Source of the DNA: Actinomycetota bacterium
Lineage (GTDB): Bacteria > Actinomycetota > Thermoleophilia > Solirubrobacterales > Solirubrobacteraceae
DNA length: 28,498 bases
NCBI GenBank assembly: GCA_009699565.1
Contig: WLNX01000001.1
Coordinates: 1-28,498, forward strand
Direction: 5' to 3'
Shown: one piece after another, positions 8,400-16,933 of the stretch
How positions within the stretch are numbered: the stretch's first letter is position 1
Layout: each line of letters begins with the position of its first letter
Notes under the pieces: model-generated
Told to the model about the DNA's origin: nothing
The model's input: only the letters and a program-made list of their open reading frames with translations
Databases searched by the model: none
Program-made: the position numbers and the translations under genes

Positions 8400-9059
8400 A
8401 TGCTTGAAACGCCGTTCTACATCGCCTGCCTGAAGCTGAAGGGACGGCGCTGCGTCGTGATCGGCGGCGGCGACATGGGACTGGAGAAGAGCGAAGGTCT
8501 GCTGGCCTGCGGCGGGGACGTGACCGTGATCTCGCCCGATGCCGGGCCCGAGCTGGAAGCACTCGCCGCCGAAGGGTCGATCACTTGGGAGAAGCGCGAC
8601 TACGCAGGGCCGGAGGATCTTGAGGCGGTCTTCATCGTTATCGCCTGCACCGACTCGACCGAGACCAACATCCGGATCTACGAAGATGCCGAGAAGCGAG
8701 CGATGCTCGTCAACATCGTCGACGTGCCGCCGCTCTGCAACTTCATTCTGCCCGCAGTCGTCCGCACCGGACCGCTGGCAATCGCAATCTCGACCGCAGG
8801 CGCATCACCGGCGCTGGCAAAGAGGATGAAGCGCGAGATCAGCGAGCTCTTCGGCGAGGAGTACGCACAGCTCGCAATCATGCTCAACGAGACTCGCGGC
8901 TGGGCCAAGGGGACGCTTCCCACATACCAGGACCGCAAGGCCTTCTTCGAGGAGATCGTCAACGGCGAGCCCGACCCGATCGCGCTGCTGCGTGACGGCG
9001 ACGCCGCCGCCGTGCAGGATCTGATCGCCGCGGCGCAGCGCACACACGCGCCCGCCTGA
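8400..9059 (+). CDS. sirC: Precorrin-2 dehydrogenase / sirohydrochlorin ferrochelatase (CysG N-terminal module, SirC/Met8-like); alternative start at 8319
   Basis: Rossmann motif [23 protein letters not shown] and [13 protein letters not shown]. No methyltransferase domain. An in-frame ATG at 8319 would add 27 aa (see findings). Confidence 0.88.
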   Translation: MLETPFYIACLKLKGRRCVVIGGGDMGLEKSEGLLACGGDVTVISPDAGPELEALAAEGSITWEKRDYAGPEDLEAVFIVIACTDSTETNIRIYEDAEKRAMLVNIVDVPPLCNFILPAVVRTGPLAIAISTAGASPALAKRMKREISELFGEEYAQLAIMLNETRGWAKGTLPTYQDRKAFFEEIVNGEPDPIALLRDGDAAAVQDLIAAAQRTHAPA

Positions 9060-9075
9060 AACAGCTTTGCCGCGC

Positions 9076-9081
9076 TAGGCT
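9076..9081 (+). promoter_or_regulatory. Putative -10 box (TAGGCT) of a leaderless moaC transcript
   Basis: TAGGCT-cggctc-GTG(9088), with no SD. Confidence 0.55.
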
Positions 9082-9087
9082 CGGCTC

Positions 9088-9564
9088 GTGAGCGGGCTCA
9101 CGCACCTAAACGACGACGGCGAGGCGCGGATGGTCGACGTCTCCGGCAAGAAGCCGACCAATCGCAGAGCCGTCGCGCGCGCAGTTGTGGTGATGGAGCC
9201 GGCGACGGCGGCGGCTGTTGCGGCCGGCGACGCGCCAAAGGGCGACGTGCTCGCGAGCGCGCGGATCGCGGGGATCATGGCCGCCAAACGGACCGCCGAG
9301 CTGATCCCGCTCTGCCACCCGCTGGGACTCGATCACGTTGAAATCGACGGGCTGATCGACGCCGATGCGGGAACCGTCACGCTGACGGCCAGCGCCTCCG
9401 TGCACGGCCCGACCGGCGTCGAGATGGAAGCGATGACGGCCGTTTCGGTCGCGGCCCTGACCGTCTACGACATGGTCAAGGGACTTGAACGCGGCGTCAC
9501 AATCGAGCGCGTCGAACTGCTCGAGAAGAGCGGCGGCCGTTCCGGCCGCTGGACCCGGCCCTAG
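9088..9564 (+). CDS. moaC: Cyclic pyranopterin monophosphate synthase MoaC
   Basis: LTHL...GEARMVDVSGK, KGDVL..ARIAGIMAAKRT.ELIPLCHPL, TGVEMEA and YDMVK. Confidence 0.97.
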   Translation: MSGLTHLNDDGEARMVDVSGKKPTNRRAVARAVVVMEPATAAAVAAGDAPKGDVLASARIAGIMAAKRTAELIPLCHPLGLDHVEIDGLIDADAGTVTLTASASVHGPTGVEMEAMTAVSVAALTVYDMVKGLERGVTIERVELLEKSGGRSGRWTRP

Positions 9565-9579
9565 GACCGGAGCGACGTC

Positions 9580-10068
9580 GTGCGCACCGCAATCCTGACG
9601 ATTTCCAGCTCGCTGGCCGGCGGCGATGGCGAAGACCTTTCCGGACCGGCGCTTGCCGCCGCGGCGACCGATGCAGGCTGCGAGGTTGAACTTCGCGAGG
9701 TCATGGCCGACGACCAGCCCGCGATCGAGGCTCGGCTGCGCGAGCTTGTTGCCGAGGGCTTTGAGATCGTCCTTACGAGCGGCGGTACCGGACTCACCCC
9801 CGACGACGTAACCCCGGAAGCCAGCGAGGCTGTGATCGAGCGCCCGGTCCCCGGGATCGCCGAGGCGATGCGCGCAGCATCGATGCAATTCACGCCGGCT
9901 GCGGCGATCTCGCGCGCGACAAGCGGCGTTGCCGGAAGGACGCTGATCGTCAACATGCCCGGCAACCCCAAGGCGATCGGTGAAGTCTTCCCCGTCCTCG
10001 CACCGATCCTTGGCCACGCAGTCCGTCACATCAGCCGTCAGGGCGGCCGCAGCGATGGCGAGCACTGA
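9580..10068 (+). CDS. MogA/MoaB-family molybdopterin adenylyltransferase-like protein
   Basis: TSGGTG...DVTPEA, PGIAEAMR, ISRA..G and LIVNMPGNPKA. SD GGAG upstream of the GTG. Confidence 0.9.
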   Translation: MRTAILTISSSLAGGDGEDLSGPALAAAATDAGCEVELREVMADDQPAIEARLRELVAEGFEIVLTSGGTGLTPDDVTPEASEAVIERPVPGIAEAMRAASMQFTPAAAISRATSGVAGRTLIVNMPGNPKAIGEVFPVLAPILGHAVRHISRQGGRSDGEH

Positions 10069-10750
10069 CCAGGCGGTCGTCTGCGAGGGCCTCGTCCGCC
10101 GCTACGGCGAACGCCGAGCGCTTGACGGGATCGACCTGACACTGAAGCGGGGACAGACGCTTGTCGTGTTCGGCCCCAACGGCGCCGGCAAGACGACGCT
10201 GCTGCGCGTAATCGCGACGCTGCTGCGGGCAAACGAGGGCAGCGTCAGCGTGCTGGGCAACGACCTGCGCAAGAACGGCCGCGAGGCGCGCAGCGAGATC
10301 GGCTTCCTCGGCCACAGCTCGCTCTGCTACGCCGACCTGACAGCGCGCGAGAACCTCACCTACCACGCCCGACTGCACGGCATAGCGGATCCCGACGAGC
10401 GAATCGAGCGGCTGCTCATTGAGACCGGGCTGGAGAGCCGTGGCGACGAGCGCGTCGCCGGCTACTCGAGGGGGATGGTGCAGCGCCTTGCGATCTGCCG
10501 CGCCGTCCTCCACGAGCCGGAGCTGCTGCTGCTGGACGAGCCCCGTTCCAACCTCGATCCGGCGGCGATCGACCAGGTCGAAGCGCTGATTGGGGCGGCC
10601 TCCGGGCGCTCGCGAGTGATCGCCAGCCATGACCCGGCCGGCGGGCTGGAAGAGGCCGACCTCGTGCTGGGCCTTCGCGCGGGAAGCCCGGTGATGCTCG
10701 CGCCGGCCGGCGAGCTGACGGCCGAGCAGATTGGCGAGCTCTACCGATGA
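10055..10750 (+). CDS. ccmA: Heme ABC exporter ATP-binding subunit CcmA
   Basis: Walker A GPNGAGKTT, signature YSRGMVQRL, Walker B LLLDEP. Directly upstream of ccmB. Start at ATG 10055. Confidence 0.88.
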   Translation: MASTDQAVVCEGLVRRYGERRALDGIDLTLKRGQTLVVFGPNGAGKTTLLRVIATLLRANEGSVSVLGNDLRKNGREARSEIGFLGHSSLCYADLTARENLTYHARLHGIADPDERIERLLIETGLESRGDERVAGYSRGMVQRLAICRAVLHEPELLLLDEPRSNLDPAAIDQVEALIGAASGRSRVIASHDPAGGLEEADLVLGLRAGSPVMLAPAGELTAEQIGELYR

Positions 10751-11445
10751 GTGCGTCACGCCCCCCGTCAACGCTCGCAGCAACCAGCGCCGTGCTGGCG
10801 AAGGAGCTGAGGCTTGAGCGGCGCGCCCCGCAGACGCTCACCGCGATGGCGCTCTTTAGCGCCACGGCAATCGTCATCTTCCACTTCGCGCTGGGACGCG
10901 ACGAAGTCTCTGGGGCGCTCGCGTCGGGCGTCCTCTGGGTGACGCTGACGCTCGCCGCACTGCTGGGGATCGGCCGCGTGTTCGTTGCCGACAGCGAGGA
11001 GGGAGGCCTCGACGGTTTCCTGCTGGCACCGGTCGAGCGCAGCGCGCTGCTTATCGCAAAGGCGCTCTCGCTCTTGATCTTCCTGATCGGAGTCGGTGCT
11101 CTGACTTCGCTGATCTTCGCGGTGCTGCTGCTCGGACCGACCCCGAGCGTGACCCAGTGGGGCTCGCTCGCGATCGTGATCGTGCTGGCCGACATCGGGA
11201 TCGCGCTGGTCGGAACGCTGGTGGCGGCGATCGCGATCCAGACACGCACGCGCGACCTGATCACCTCGATCCTGGCGTTGCCGCTGCTGATTCCGGTGCT
11301 GATCGGAGCCACCCGCGCCTGCGAGCCGCTGCTCAGCGTCGGCGGCGGCGGGCTGGCGACCCGCTGGCTGATGATGCTCGGGTTGTACGATCTTGTATTC
11401 GGGCTGCTTGCCTACGCACTGTTTGACTACCTGATCGAAGACTGA
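10747..11445 (+). CDS. ccmB: Heme exporter permease CcmB
   Basis: AKELRLERR N-terminus, GVLWV, DSEEGGLDGFLLAP and ILALPLLIPVL. ATGA overlap with ccmA. Confidence 0.9.
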   Translation: MSASRPPSTLAATSAVLAKELRLERRAPQTLTAMALFSATAIVIFHFALGRDEVSGALASGVLWVTLTLAALLGIGRVFVADSEEGGLDGFLLAPVERSALLIAKALSLLIFLIGVGALTSLIFAVLLLGPTPSVTQWGSLAIVIVLADIGIALVGTLVAAIAIQTRTRDLITSILALPLLIPVLIGATRACEPLLSVGGGGLATRWLMMLGLYDLVFGLLAYALFDYLIED

Positions 11446-11448
11446 TCG

Positions 11449-12201
11449 ATGACGACAACAAAACCGCTCTACGGACGACGCCTCACCGGCCTTGCGATCG
11501 CGACGGCCGTCGTGGTGACCGCGTCGATTGGCCTCGCCTTCTTCTACGCACCGATCGAGGTCGACCAAGGCTTCTCTCAGAAGATCTTCTACATCCATGT
11601 TCCGCTCGCGATCGTCACGCTCGGCGGCTTCGTTTTCGGCGGGATATTTGGCGTGCAGTACCTGCGGACCGGCGAGAGCCGCCATGACCTGCGCTCCTAC
11701 ACGGCGATCCATCAGGGACTGATCTTCTGCATCGGTGCGCTGATCACCGGTTCGATCTGGGCGAAGGCCGCCTGGGGCCAATGGTGGGTGTGGGACGAGC
11801 CGACGCTGGTGTCTTTCCTGATCGTCTTCCTGCTCTATTGCACCTATCAGCCGCTGCGCTTCTCGATCGAGGATCCCGAGCGCCAAGCCCGCTACGCGGC
11901 GGTCTTTGCGATCGTCGCCGGCGTCTTTGTGCCGGTCAACTTCATTGCGGTGAGGCTCGCAAGTCCGCTGATCCACCCTCGCGTGCTCGGCAGCTCCGGA
12001 GGGTCGCTCCCGAACGACATGCGAATCGCCTTCTACAGCGCGCTGCTGGGAGCCACGCTGCTCTTCATCACGATCTGCAAGTACGAGATGGCTTCGAAGA
12101 ACAACCGCGCCCAGCTTGCGGCGCTGCGCCGCAGTATCAGCGGCGAGTCAGGCGACATCTCAACCGGGCGCAGCGCAGCGCCAAAGATCTCCCCGTCATG
12201 A
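11449..12201 (+). CDS. ccmC: Heme delivery protein CcmC (WWD-domain family)
   Basis: QKIFYIHVP (His ligand), TGSIWAKAAWGQWWVWD (tryptophan-rich WWD motif) and LIHP (second His). Confidence 0.9.
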   Translation: MTTTKPLYGRRLTGLAIATAVVVTASIGLAFFYAPIEVDQGFSQKIFYIHVPLAIVTLGGFVFGGIFGVQYLRTGESRHDLRSYTAIHQGLIFCIGALITGSIWAKAAWGQWWVWDEPTLVSFLIVFLLYCTYQPLRFSIEDPERQARYAAVFAIVAGVFVPVNFIAVRLASPLIHPRVLGSSGGSLPNDMRIAFYSALLGATLLFITICKYEMASKNNRAQLAALRRSISGESGDISTGRSAAPKISPS

Positions 12202-12401
12202 CCGAAACCCTCCCTCCCAACACAGGCTATGTCGCCGCCGCCTACCTCGTATTCCTGGCCATACTGCTGATCTACGTCGTGATCATGGCGGTCCGCGCGG
12301 CGCGCCTCGAGCGCGAGTTGGCCGAGCTGCTTGCTCTCGCAAGCGAGCGCAAGCAGGAAAGTTCGCAGGGGGATTCGCCGAAGGAGAGCGTGCCTCAGTG
12401 A
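12198..12401 (+). CDS. ccmD: CcmD-like small membrane protein (67 aa)
   Basis: GYVAAAYLVFLAILLIYV single TM segment followed by a charged tail. Lies right after ccmC, with ATGA and GTGA overlaps on both sides. Confidence 0.75.
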   Translation: MTETLPPNTGYVAAAYLVFLAILLIYVVIMAVRAARLERELAELLALASERKQESSQGDSPKESVPQ

Positions 12402-13753
12402 GCGAGCTGCTGGCCATCGGCATCTCGCACAAGACGGCGCCGGTCGCACTGCGCGAGCGTGTGGCGCTGACAGCCAACGAGGCCGAACGCTTCGTGCGCG
12501 AGCTTGTCGCGACCGATGAGCTGCGCGAGGCGGTCGTGATTTCGACCTGCAATCGCACCGAGGCCTACATCGTTGCCCGCAACTCGGTTGACGCCGAAAG
12601 CGTGCTGCTCAGCAAGCTCGCTGGCCGCGCGGGAATCCGCCCGACTGAGCTGGTCGACATCGTCTACTCGCCTCGCAACTGCGACGCCGCCCGCCACCTC
12701 TTCAGCGTGACGGCGGGCCTCGATTCGATGATTGTTGGCGAGAACGAGGTCCAGGGGCAGGTTCGCCGCTCCTACGAAGCGGCGCTTGCCGCCGGCACCA
12801 CCGGTCCGTTCACCAACCGCCTGTTCCGAGCCGCACTCCAAGCGGGCAAGCGAGTCCGCAGCGAAACCGCCCTGGGTACGGCGCGGGTAAGCATTCCGTC
12901 GATCGCCGTCGCTCTGGCGCAGGAGACGGTCGGCGACCTTGAGAACCGCAATGTCGTTGTGATCGGAGCCGGCGAGACGGCCGAGCTGACCGCGCGAGCT
13001 CTGGCCGATCAGGGAGTGACGACTCTGTTCGTCGCAAATCGCAGGATTGAGCGTGCCCGCGAGCTGGCCCAGCGCTTCGGCGGCGACGTTGGTTCGCTCG
13101 AAGAGCTCCCGCAGCGGATGATCGACGCCGACATTGTCGTCGCTTCAACATCGTCGCCCCACCCGATCATCGGCGTCAGCGAACTTGAACAGATGATGGA
13201 GAGCCGCGATGGCAAGCCGCTGCTGTTGATCGACATCGCCGTACCCCGCGATATCGAGGAGGGCTGCGGCGACATCCCCGGAGTGCGCGTGCTGAACATG
13301 GACGACCTGCAGACGGCCGCGGCGCGAAACCTCGAGGTTCGCGAAGGCGAGCGCGACCAGGCAGGCGAGATTGTCGAGGACGAGATCGAGCGCTTCTCCG
13401 GCTGGATGGCCCAGCAGGGCGCGACCCCGACTATCGCCGCGCTGCGCGAGCACGGTTCGGCGATCGTCGAGCAGGTTCTCGCCGAGAACGACGGCCGCTG
13501 GGAGAGCGCATCTTCGCGCGACGTCGTTCGCGTGGAAGCGATCGCCCGCGCGGTAATGCAGCGTCTGCTGCATGAGCCGACGATTCGCACCAAGGCTTTG
13601 GAGCAGGGCGGCGGGCACGGGCGAATTGCCGTTCTGCGAGAGCTCTTCGGGCTGGACGAAGTTCCGGAGGAATCGGCAGGTTCAAGCGCTGCTTCCGCCG
13701 ATCCGGAGTTCGGTCAGGCCGCCGAGGTCCGTCCGCTCCGACGCGGCTCGTGA
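12398..13753 (+). CDS. hemA: Glutamyl-tRNA reductase
   Basis: GISHKTAPVALRE, catalytic STCNRTE, GLDSMIVGENEVQGQV, GAGETA and IDIAVPRDIE. GTG start at 12398. Confidence 0.97.
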   Translation: MSELLAIGISHKTAPVALRERVALTANEAERFVRELVATDELREAVVISTCNRTEAYIVARNSVDAESVLLSKLAGRAGIRPTELVDIVYSPRNCDAARHLFSVTAGLDSMIVGENEVQGQVRRSYEAALAAGTTGPFTNRLFRAALQAGKRVRSETALGTARVSIPSIAVALAQETVGDLENRNVVVIGAGETAELTARALADQGVTTLFVANRRIERARELAQRFGGDVGSLEELPQRMIDADIVVASTSSPHPIIGVSELEQMMESRDGKPLLLIDIAVPRDIEEGCGDIPGVRVLNMDDLQTAAARNLEVREGERDQAGEIVEDEIERFSGWMAQQGATPTIAALREHGSAIVEQVLAENDGRWESASSRDVVRVEAIARAVMQRLLHEPTIRTKALEQGGGHGRIAVLRELFGLDEVPEESAGSSAASADPEFGQAAEVRPLRRGS

Positions 13754-14616
13754 AGCTCGGAACCCGCGGCAGCGCGTTGGCGCTGGCGCAGGCGGCAACA
13801 GTTGCCCAGGCAATCCCGGGCGCGCAGCTTGAGACGATCATCTCCTCGGGCGACCGCGGCCGCGAGGCGGGCGACGACAAGGAGCGCTGGGTACGGGAAC
13901 TCGATGAGGCTCTGCTTGACGGGCGGATCGAGCTTGCCGTCCACTCGGCCAAGGATCTTCCCGCCCGCTTGACCGAAGGTTTGGTGATAGCTGCCACCGC
14001 GACCCGCGCCGATCCCTTTGACGTTCTCTGCGGAGCCGAGTCGATCGAAGCGCTGCCGCCCGGCGCGCGCGTCGGCACGAACTCGCTGCGCCGCGCTGCG
14101 CAGCTGATGGCGATCCGCGACGACATCGAGATCTGCGAGCTGCACGGCAACATCGACACGCGGCTGGACGCGTTGGCTGAAGGCCGCTTCGACGCGATCG
14201 TGCTTGCGCTCGCCGGACTGCAGCGACTTCAGCGCACCGACGAGGCGGGAGCACGACTCGATCAACTGGTGCCGGCGGCAGGCCAGGGGACGCTCGCGAT
14301 CACCGCCAGAAGCGGCGACAGCAGCTCGATCGAAGCCGCGGCCGGACTCAACGACGAGGCGACCGGCCAATGCCTGACTGCCGAGCGCGCGCTCGTCGAA
14401 AGCCTCGACTCGGACTGCCACACGCCTGTCGGTGCCTACGCGACGCTCGACGACGGCACGGTAACTCTCGAGGCCTTCGTCGGACGGCCCGACGGTTCGG
14501 TTTGGCTGCGCGACCGGCTTGCCGGCGTCGGCGAATTCGCGGATCCGTCCGCACTCGGGCACGAAGTGGGTCGGCGGATGCTCGCCGCCGGCGCCGCCGG
14601 GGTACTCGGACGATGA
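13750..14616 (+). CDS. hemC: Porphobilinogen deaminase (hydroxymethylbilane synthase)
   Basis: GTRGSALALAQA, HSAKDLP, GTNSLRR, GNIDTRL, PAAGQG and cofactor Cys in DCHTPVGAYA. Confidence 0.96.
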   Translation: MKLGTRGSALALAQAATVAQAIPGAQLETIISSGDRGREAGDDKERWVRELDEALLDGRIELAVHSAKDLPARLTEGLVIAATATRADPFDVLCGAESIEALPPGARVGTNSLRRAAQLMAIRDDIEICELHGNIDTRLDALAEGRFDAIVLALAGLQRLQRTDEAGARLDQLVPAAGQGTLAITARSGDSSSIEAAAGLNDEATGQCLTAERALVESLDSDCHTPVGAYATLDDGTVTLEAFVGRPDGSVWLRDRLAGVGEFADPSALGHEVGRRMLAAGAAGVLGR

Positions 14617-16085
14617 GCGCGGCCAAGCCGGGGACGGTCTACCTCGTCGGAGCCGGACCCGGAGATGAGGGGCTGCTGACTCTGCGCGCTGCGGAGCTGC
14701 TGGCCAGCGCCGACGTGATCCTGCACGACCAGCTGATTCCGGTTCACGCACTTGCGAGGGCGCGCGCCGACGCCGAGCTGATCGACGTCGGAAAGATCGG
14801 CGGCGGCAAGCAGGTGCCGCAGGAGCTGACCGAGGAGCTGATCGTCGAGCACGCATTGGCGGGGCGCAGCGTCGTCCGCCTCAAAGGCGGCGACCCGTTC
14901 GTGTTCGGGCGCGGCGGCGAAGAAGCGATCACCTGCATCGAGCGGGGCATCAACGTAGAAGTGGTTCCTGGCGTCACGTCGGGGATCGCCGCCCCGGCCT
15001 ACGCCGGCATTCCGGTTACCCAGCGCTCCGTCGCTGCGGCGGTGGCCTTTGTCACCGGGCACGAGAACCCGAACAAGCCCGAATCTCAGATCGACTGGTC
15101 CGCGCTTGCTTCATTCCCGGGAACGCTCGTCTTCTACATGGGCGTCAAGCGCCTTGGCCAGATCGCCGAGAAGCTGATCACCGCCGGCCGTCCTGCCGAT
15201 CAGCCGGTAGCCGTTATCGAACGCGGAACCTTTGCCTCCCAGCGCGAAGCGGTCGGCACGCTGGAGACGATCGCAGCGATCGCCGAGCAGCAGGAGATCA
15301 AGGCACCCGCGATCACGGTGATCGGAGACGTCGCAGCGCTCGGCAACCAGATGCCCTGGCGTCAGGCGGCAAGACCGCTGGCCGGGATCAGCGTCGCGGT
15401 CACGCGTGCGCGCGCGCAGGCAAGCTCGCTGGCTACGGAGTTGAGCGCGCTTGGCGCCGAAGTGGTCGAAGCGCCGGCAATCAGGATCGAGCCGCTCAGC
15501 CCGAGCGTCCCTGACCTGGAGCAGTTCGACCTCCTCTGCATCACCAGCCCCAACGGCGCCGACCAGCTCTTCGAAGCGATCAACGACGCGCGTGACCTTG
15601 CCGGCATGACCATTGCCGCAATCGGTCCGGGCACGGCGCGTGCGCTGCTTGCGCACGGCATCAAAGCCGACATCGTCCCCGAGCGCTCGATCGCCGAAGC
15701 GCTAGTTGAAGCGTTGGTTGATGTTCCCGTCGAGCGTGCTCTGATTGCACGCGCGGAAGAGGCCCGCGACGTGCTCGCCGACGCACTTCGCGAGCGCGGC
15801 GCCGAGGTCGAGATCCTGGCGCTGTACCGGACGGTGGCGGAGCCGCTTGACGGCGAGTCGAAAGCAGCCGCGCTCGGCGCCGACTATGCAACCTTCACCT
15901 CAGCCTCGTCGGCGCGCTTTTTCAACGACGCCGCCGGAACGCTTGAAGGCCCGCGGCTCGTCTCGATCGGACCGGTCACCAGCGCCCAGATTCGCGAGCT
16001 CGGCTACGAACCCGCGATCGAGGCCGAGGAGCACACGCCCGACGGCTTAGTGGCAGCCCTGATCGCGGACGCTGCAAAACGGTAG
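14613..16085 (+). CDS. cobA: Fused uroporphyrinogen-III C-methyltransferase / uroporphyrinogen-III synthase (CobA-HemD)
   Basis: N-half: GAGPGD, RLKGGDPFVFGRGGEE, VPGVTS. C-half: VAVTRARAQA, ITSPNG, AIGPGT, FTSASS, SIGPVT. Start at ATG 14613. Confidence 0.95.
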   Translation: MSAAKPGTVYLVGAGPGDEGLLTLRAAELLASADVILHDQLIPVHALARARADAELIDVGKIGGGKQVPQELTEELIVEHALAGRSVVRLKGGDPFVFGRGGEEAITCIERGINVEVVPGVTSGIAAPAYAGIPVTQRSVAAAVAFVTGHENPNKPESQIDWSALASFPGTLVFYMGVKRLGQIAEKLITAGRPADQPVAVIERGTFASQREAVGTLETIAAIAEQQEIKAPAITVIGDVAALGNQMPWRQAARPLAGISVAVTRARAQASSLATELSALGAEVVEAPAIRIEPLSPSVPDLEQFDLLCITSPNGADQLFEAINDARDLAGMTIAAIGPGTARALLAHGIKADIVPERSIAEALVEALVDVPVERALIARAEEARDVLADALRERGAEVEILALYRTVAEPLDGESKAAALGADYATFTSASSARFFNDAAGTLEGPRLVSIGPVTSAQIRELGYEPAIEAEEHTPDGLVAALIADAAKR

Positions 16086-16135
16086 GTTCGGCAGGTGCGC
16101 TCAAACGCCCCGACAGCCGAAACCCGCCAGCCAAG

Positions 16136-16933
16136 ATGACGCTGCCGCTGACATTCCTGACCGACTACGGCGCGGCCGACGAATACGTCGGCGTCTGCCA
16201 CGCCGTAATTGCCGGGATCGCGCCCGACAGCCGGATCTTCGACGTCACCCACGAGATTGAGCGCCACGACGTGCGAACCGGCGCGCTGATTCTGAGGCGC
16301 TCTCTGCCGTACTTCCCTGCCGGCGTCCACTTGGCGATAGTCGACCCTCAAGTCGGAGGAGAACGGCGCGCAGTGGCGCTGCGGGCGGCCGACGAGCGCC
16401 GCCTCTTTGTTGGCCCCAACAACGGCCTGCTGTCACTGGCCGTGCAGCGCTTTGGCGGCATTGTCGAAGCGGTCGACGTCTCGCTTTCGCCCTACCGGCT
16501 TGAACCAACCTCGGCGACCTTCCACGGCCGCGACATCTTCGCCCCTATCGCGGCGCAGCTCGCCGCGGGCACCGAGCTGGCCGACTGCGGAATCCCGATC
16601 GACCCCGCTGACATTGAGGTCCTTGAGATGCCGCTGGCACGGGCCGAAGGCGACACGCTGATCGCCCACGCCCTGACGATCGACATCTTCGGCAACGTCA
16701 CCTTGGACGTGGAGCACGACGAGCTGGCCGGCTTTGGTCTGCGGCTCGGTCAGACGATCAGCGCCAACGGCCACACCGCCCCGTACACGACGACCTACGT
16801 CGATGTTGCAGAAGGCTCTCTGCTGGTTTACGAAGACGCCTACCGCTCGCTTGCGCTTGCCGTCAATCGCGGATCGGCGGCCGAGATGCTGGGTCTCTCG
16901 ATCGACGACGAGGTTCGAATCACGCTTCGCTGA
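16136..16933 (+). CDS. SAM hydroxide adenosyltransferase (DUF62; SAM-dependent halogenase superfamily)
   Basis: LTDYG, DVTHEI, VDPQVGGERR (Asp/Arg), TFHGRDIFAP (His), IDIFGN and LAVNRGSAA. Confidence 0.92.
   Translation: MTLPLTFLTDYGAADEYVGVCHAVIAGIAPDSRIFDVTHEIERHDVRTGALILRRSLPYFPAGVHLAIVDPQVGGERRAVALRAADERRLFVGPNNGLLSLAVQRFGGIVEAVDVSLSPYRLEPTSATFHGRDIFAPIAAQLAAGTELADCGIPIDPADIEVLEMPLARAEGDTLIAHALTIDIFGNVTLDVEHDELAGFGLRLGQTISANGHTAPYTTTYVDVAEGSLLVYEDAYRSLALAVNRGSAAEMLGLSIDDEVRITLR

Noticed and set aside
12116-12397. ORF-track extensions of hemA (also cobA 14370, ccmA 9980, oppD 25830, oppA 28371, mce 4960, ABC1 2301)
   Set aside because: They overlap upstream genes in other frames. Downstream starts with stop/start overlaps or SD sites match the family N-termini.
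16086-16135. Hairpin TTCGGC/GCCGAA upstream of the SAM hydrolase as a possible SAM/SAH riboswitch
   Set aside because: The region is only 50 nt and lacks the conserved cores of the SAM-I/II/IV or SAH riboswitches as I know them. There is no U-tract.
16136-16933. Fluorinase/chlorinase natural-product locus
   Set aside because: The residues fit the hydroxide-using DUF62 subgroup, and there are no neighbouring purine nucleoside phosphorylase, PKS or NRPS genes.
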